From positions 40,224,001 to 40,288,000 of the forward strand of contig CP068257.2 in assembly GCA_009914755.4 (NCBI GenBank): DNA of 64,000 nucleotides. Direction: 5' to 3'. Of the stretch, positions 61,561 through 64,000 are shown one piece after another (position 1 is the first letter of the stretch; every line of letters starts with the position of its first letter). The notes beneath the pieces are model-generated. The model was given only the letters and a program-made list of their open reading frames with translations, made no database searches and was not told where the DNA came from. The position numbers were made by a program, and so were the translations under genes. Source of the stretch: the human T2T-CHM13v2.0 reference genome, Homo sapiens.

Positions 61561-64000
61561 CAAGCAGATCATCTGCTTGACTTTGAGCCCGCAGAATGTG
61601 TTGCCCTTTGCTGATAGTGAAGTTCACACTACGGTCAACAATAGCCGGGGCCATGTTGATTGCATGAAGCCTGACTACTTGACTCCAGGCTACCTTCTCT
61701 ACGCCAACAGCAAGAAGCGAGATTTAGACCTCACCCACAACCTTCAAGATTCCTGAAGATAATTTGGGGAGTGGTTATGTGAAATTGGAGGCAAGTAACC
61801 AAGATTTTAAATGGGAGACAGGGAGAAGAAGAAAAGTCTTTCCCTGGTTCTAACAAGGTTTAAAAAACAAATCACAAGAAGGCTGAAGTATAAACAAATA
61901 CGTGAAAGAATTTAAACATAATTAATCTAAATTATAGCTCTAATGTCATAAATATTTCCAAATGTATTCCTATTTGTCTCTACAGAGTCTAACAGACATA
62001 AATAGCGAATTGAAGGTTCTGTCTTAAAACCCAGCAGAAAGAAAAACAATGACCAGAAAAAAAAAACAATTGTCTTTGGCTTCCCAAGAACAGCATCGGA
62101 TTTCAACTGGAACCACAGATGGTCCGTTGATAGAAGCGACTACTTTTTAGCTCTGGAGGACGACAAAAGGAACCAGCTTCTTCCTGTGGGTGTCACAGTG
62201 AGGTCGCCTGGCCACATCAGGTACCAGAGCGAGCGCCCTCACCTGATAGGCCCTGTACAACCTCAGCCACAGCACTGTCAGGAGGAACACGCGGAACTAG
62301 CAACCTAGGAGGGTAAAGGCGGAGTTGGGAGGGAACACGAGGCAGGCAGGTCGGCTGGCTGCTGAGCTACAGGCTGCACTCCTAGGACGTCTACGTGTAA
62401 TTGAGAAAAATAAGACAAAAATAACTTACTGTGCAGGCAATTAATTCTGGTTGGCATAGCGATCCTCTTAAGTTAAAGGGAATGAGCATGAGATGAAGAG
62501 AAGTAAGAGGCAGAAAGAATTATGCAAGAGCAACATCAGAGTGGACGTGGGTAAGGGTTCTGAGCCATCTACAGACACCACACGCACACAGGACGCCACT
62601 GTGCAGGATATTTGGCAAGGTTTCTTACTGTTCCAAGTTTTTTTTCCGAAAACCTCCCTTGAAACTTTTGTGCTTACTTGTGGTAACATACCCATAATAT
62701 ACCCTCTTAACCATTTCTACCGGCACAGCTCAGTGGTGCTGAGTATATCCACGACCAACTTCACTGATCTTTTTTTAAACTAAAAGTAAATAAAAATTTG
62801 GGGAATACATTTCCTGTGCGGGCTGGTTTCCAACCAGCAGAACCTCAGGAGGATTCGAAATACACAGGCACTCTCAGAAACCGAATACAAACTCCTTAGC
62901 AGGACAAAAGATACAGGTGGTTCTTAAACCAAAAAAAAAAAAAAAAAAAAAAACAAGCTTTAGTTTTTAAAAAAAGACATCCTCTATCACCAGTTTTGAA
63001 AAATGTTTGGTTGAAAAATGAAAATGACTTGGCACCCATAACACAGAATCGTCTCAGATTGTGACAGCATCTCACAGAGATGCTAATTACAAGTCTCTTT
63101 AAAAGCACTGGAAGGAAACATTTAAAACTGCTGCCAAGTATGTCCTGTTCAAAAACCTGGGGTCAATGAGGTAGGGGCGCAGGAGTGAAACGCACGGCAC
63201 GGCTGAGCCTCTCTGCTGCATTCCCAAATGCCGAGCCTCCGGCAAGTTCTGAGCCTGCGTTGCAGATGGCCAGCCCCAGCCCCCAACACACCTGCCCGAC
63301 ACCCAGTCCCCAAAGGGTGGACCCCTCATCCACCTGGCCCGTGAAGGCAGAGGAGCAGGGTGGGTGACACAGCAAGGATGGAAACCCAGGGAAAGACCTC
63401 CCGGAAGGGAAACCAGACAGGGGGAAGGAGGAGGGGCTGTGTGAAGGAACACAGATCTTTACATGAACAGAGTGAGCGAGGCTTGGCATTTCAGAAGGAA
63501 TGAGGAGGGCGGACGGGGGGTTGGGTTCTGCCAGGACAAGAGGAAACGGGCCATCCAGTCAGGTAAGGGAGAGGAAGAGCTACCCCACCCTGCACCCATG
63601 TTTGTCCCGCTTCGCCCAGCACTCACTGTCTACAAGACAAAGAATAGGCCACAGGTGTGTGTGTCAGGTGACCAGGTCACCTTTGACATAACCCAAGCCA
63701 AGGCCTCTTAACAGGAGCACAGGAGCCTGCCACAGAGGTCAGCGTGCAGCTTACAGCCCTCAAGTGCTCTGTGGAGGGGGGTCCATGCATCAAGCACCCC
63801 AAGGCCAGGCAGTGGGCAAACAGAGTCCAACGGGTCTGAAATCTTATCCAGGAAATTTCCTCCTTCTCCCTTTCCTCTTCTAACTTTCCATTTCCCCCAA
63901 CACCTATCACGACTCTGCACTGGCAAGGAGGGGGGCATGGGAGAGGGAGGCCGCCGTGCCATGGCTGAGGGACACAAAGCAAAGACAGGGAGAGAGGGGA

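Noticed and set aside
61346-61654. 102-aa minus-strand ORF (MAPAIVDRSVNFTISKGQHIL..)
   Set aside because: It lies inside a recognisable MaLR-type LTR (..gcctgctgcctgccctgcggatttcagacctgtcaatctcatgagtcagttccttaaatatgtaacc..). It is a repeat-derived open frame, not a gene.

Overview
This is primate (human-like) nuclear genomic DNA, not a prokaryotic or phage locus. There are about 27 Alu SINEs, several MIRs, a truncated L1 with a nested Alu, a MaLR-type LTR, multiple minisatellites and one strong CpG island. The main gene content is the 5' half of a PR/SET-domain zinc-finger gene on the minus strand. I identify it as PRDM15 from memory of the protein sequence, and the recalled segments are all found in the window. 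These include the N-terminus MAEDGSEEIMFIW, the zinc knuckle [17 protein letters not shown], the PR domain and one C2H2 finger per small exon. Ten coding exons, from the ATG at 26590 down to 1781, splice in a single consistent frame with canonical AG/GT boundaries. The gene continues past the left edge of the window. A ~1.4 kb CpG island at 44.8-46.3 kb lies ~18 kb upstream of the ATG exon and is the probable promoter or non-coding exon 1. At 55438-55658 on the minus strand there is a clean terminal coding exon of an upstream same-strand gene. C2CD2 would be expected if this is 21q22.3, but I cannot verify its sequence from memory. I see no novel multi-gene system (defence, biosynthetic or similar). 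The most interesting non-genic signals are structure-prone repeats. These are a 280-bp purine/pyrimidine mirror tract inside the intron that splits the PR domain, G-rich intronic minisatellites, a 41-bp VNTR and a ~190-bp inverted-repeat pair.
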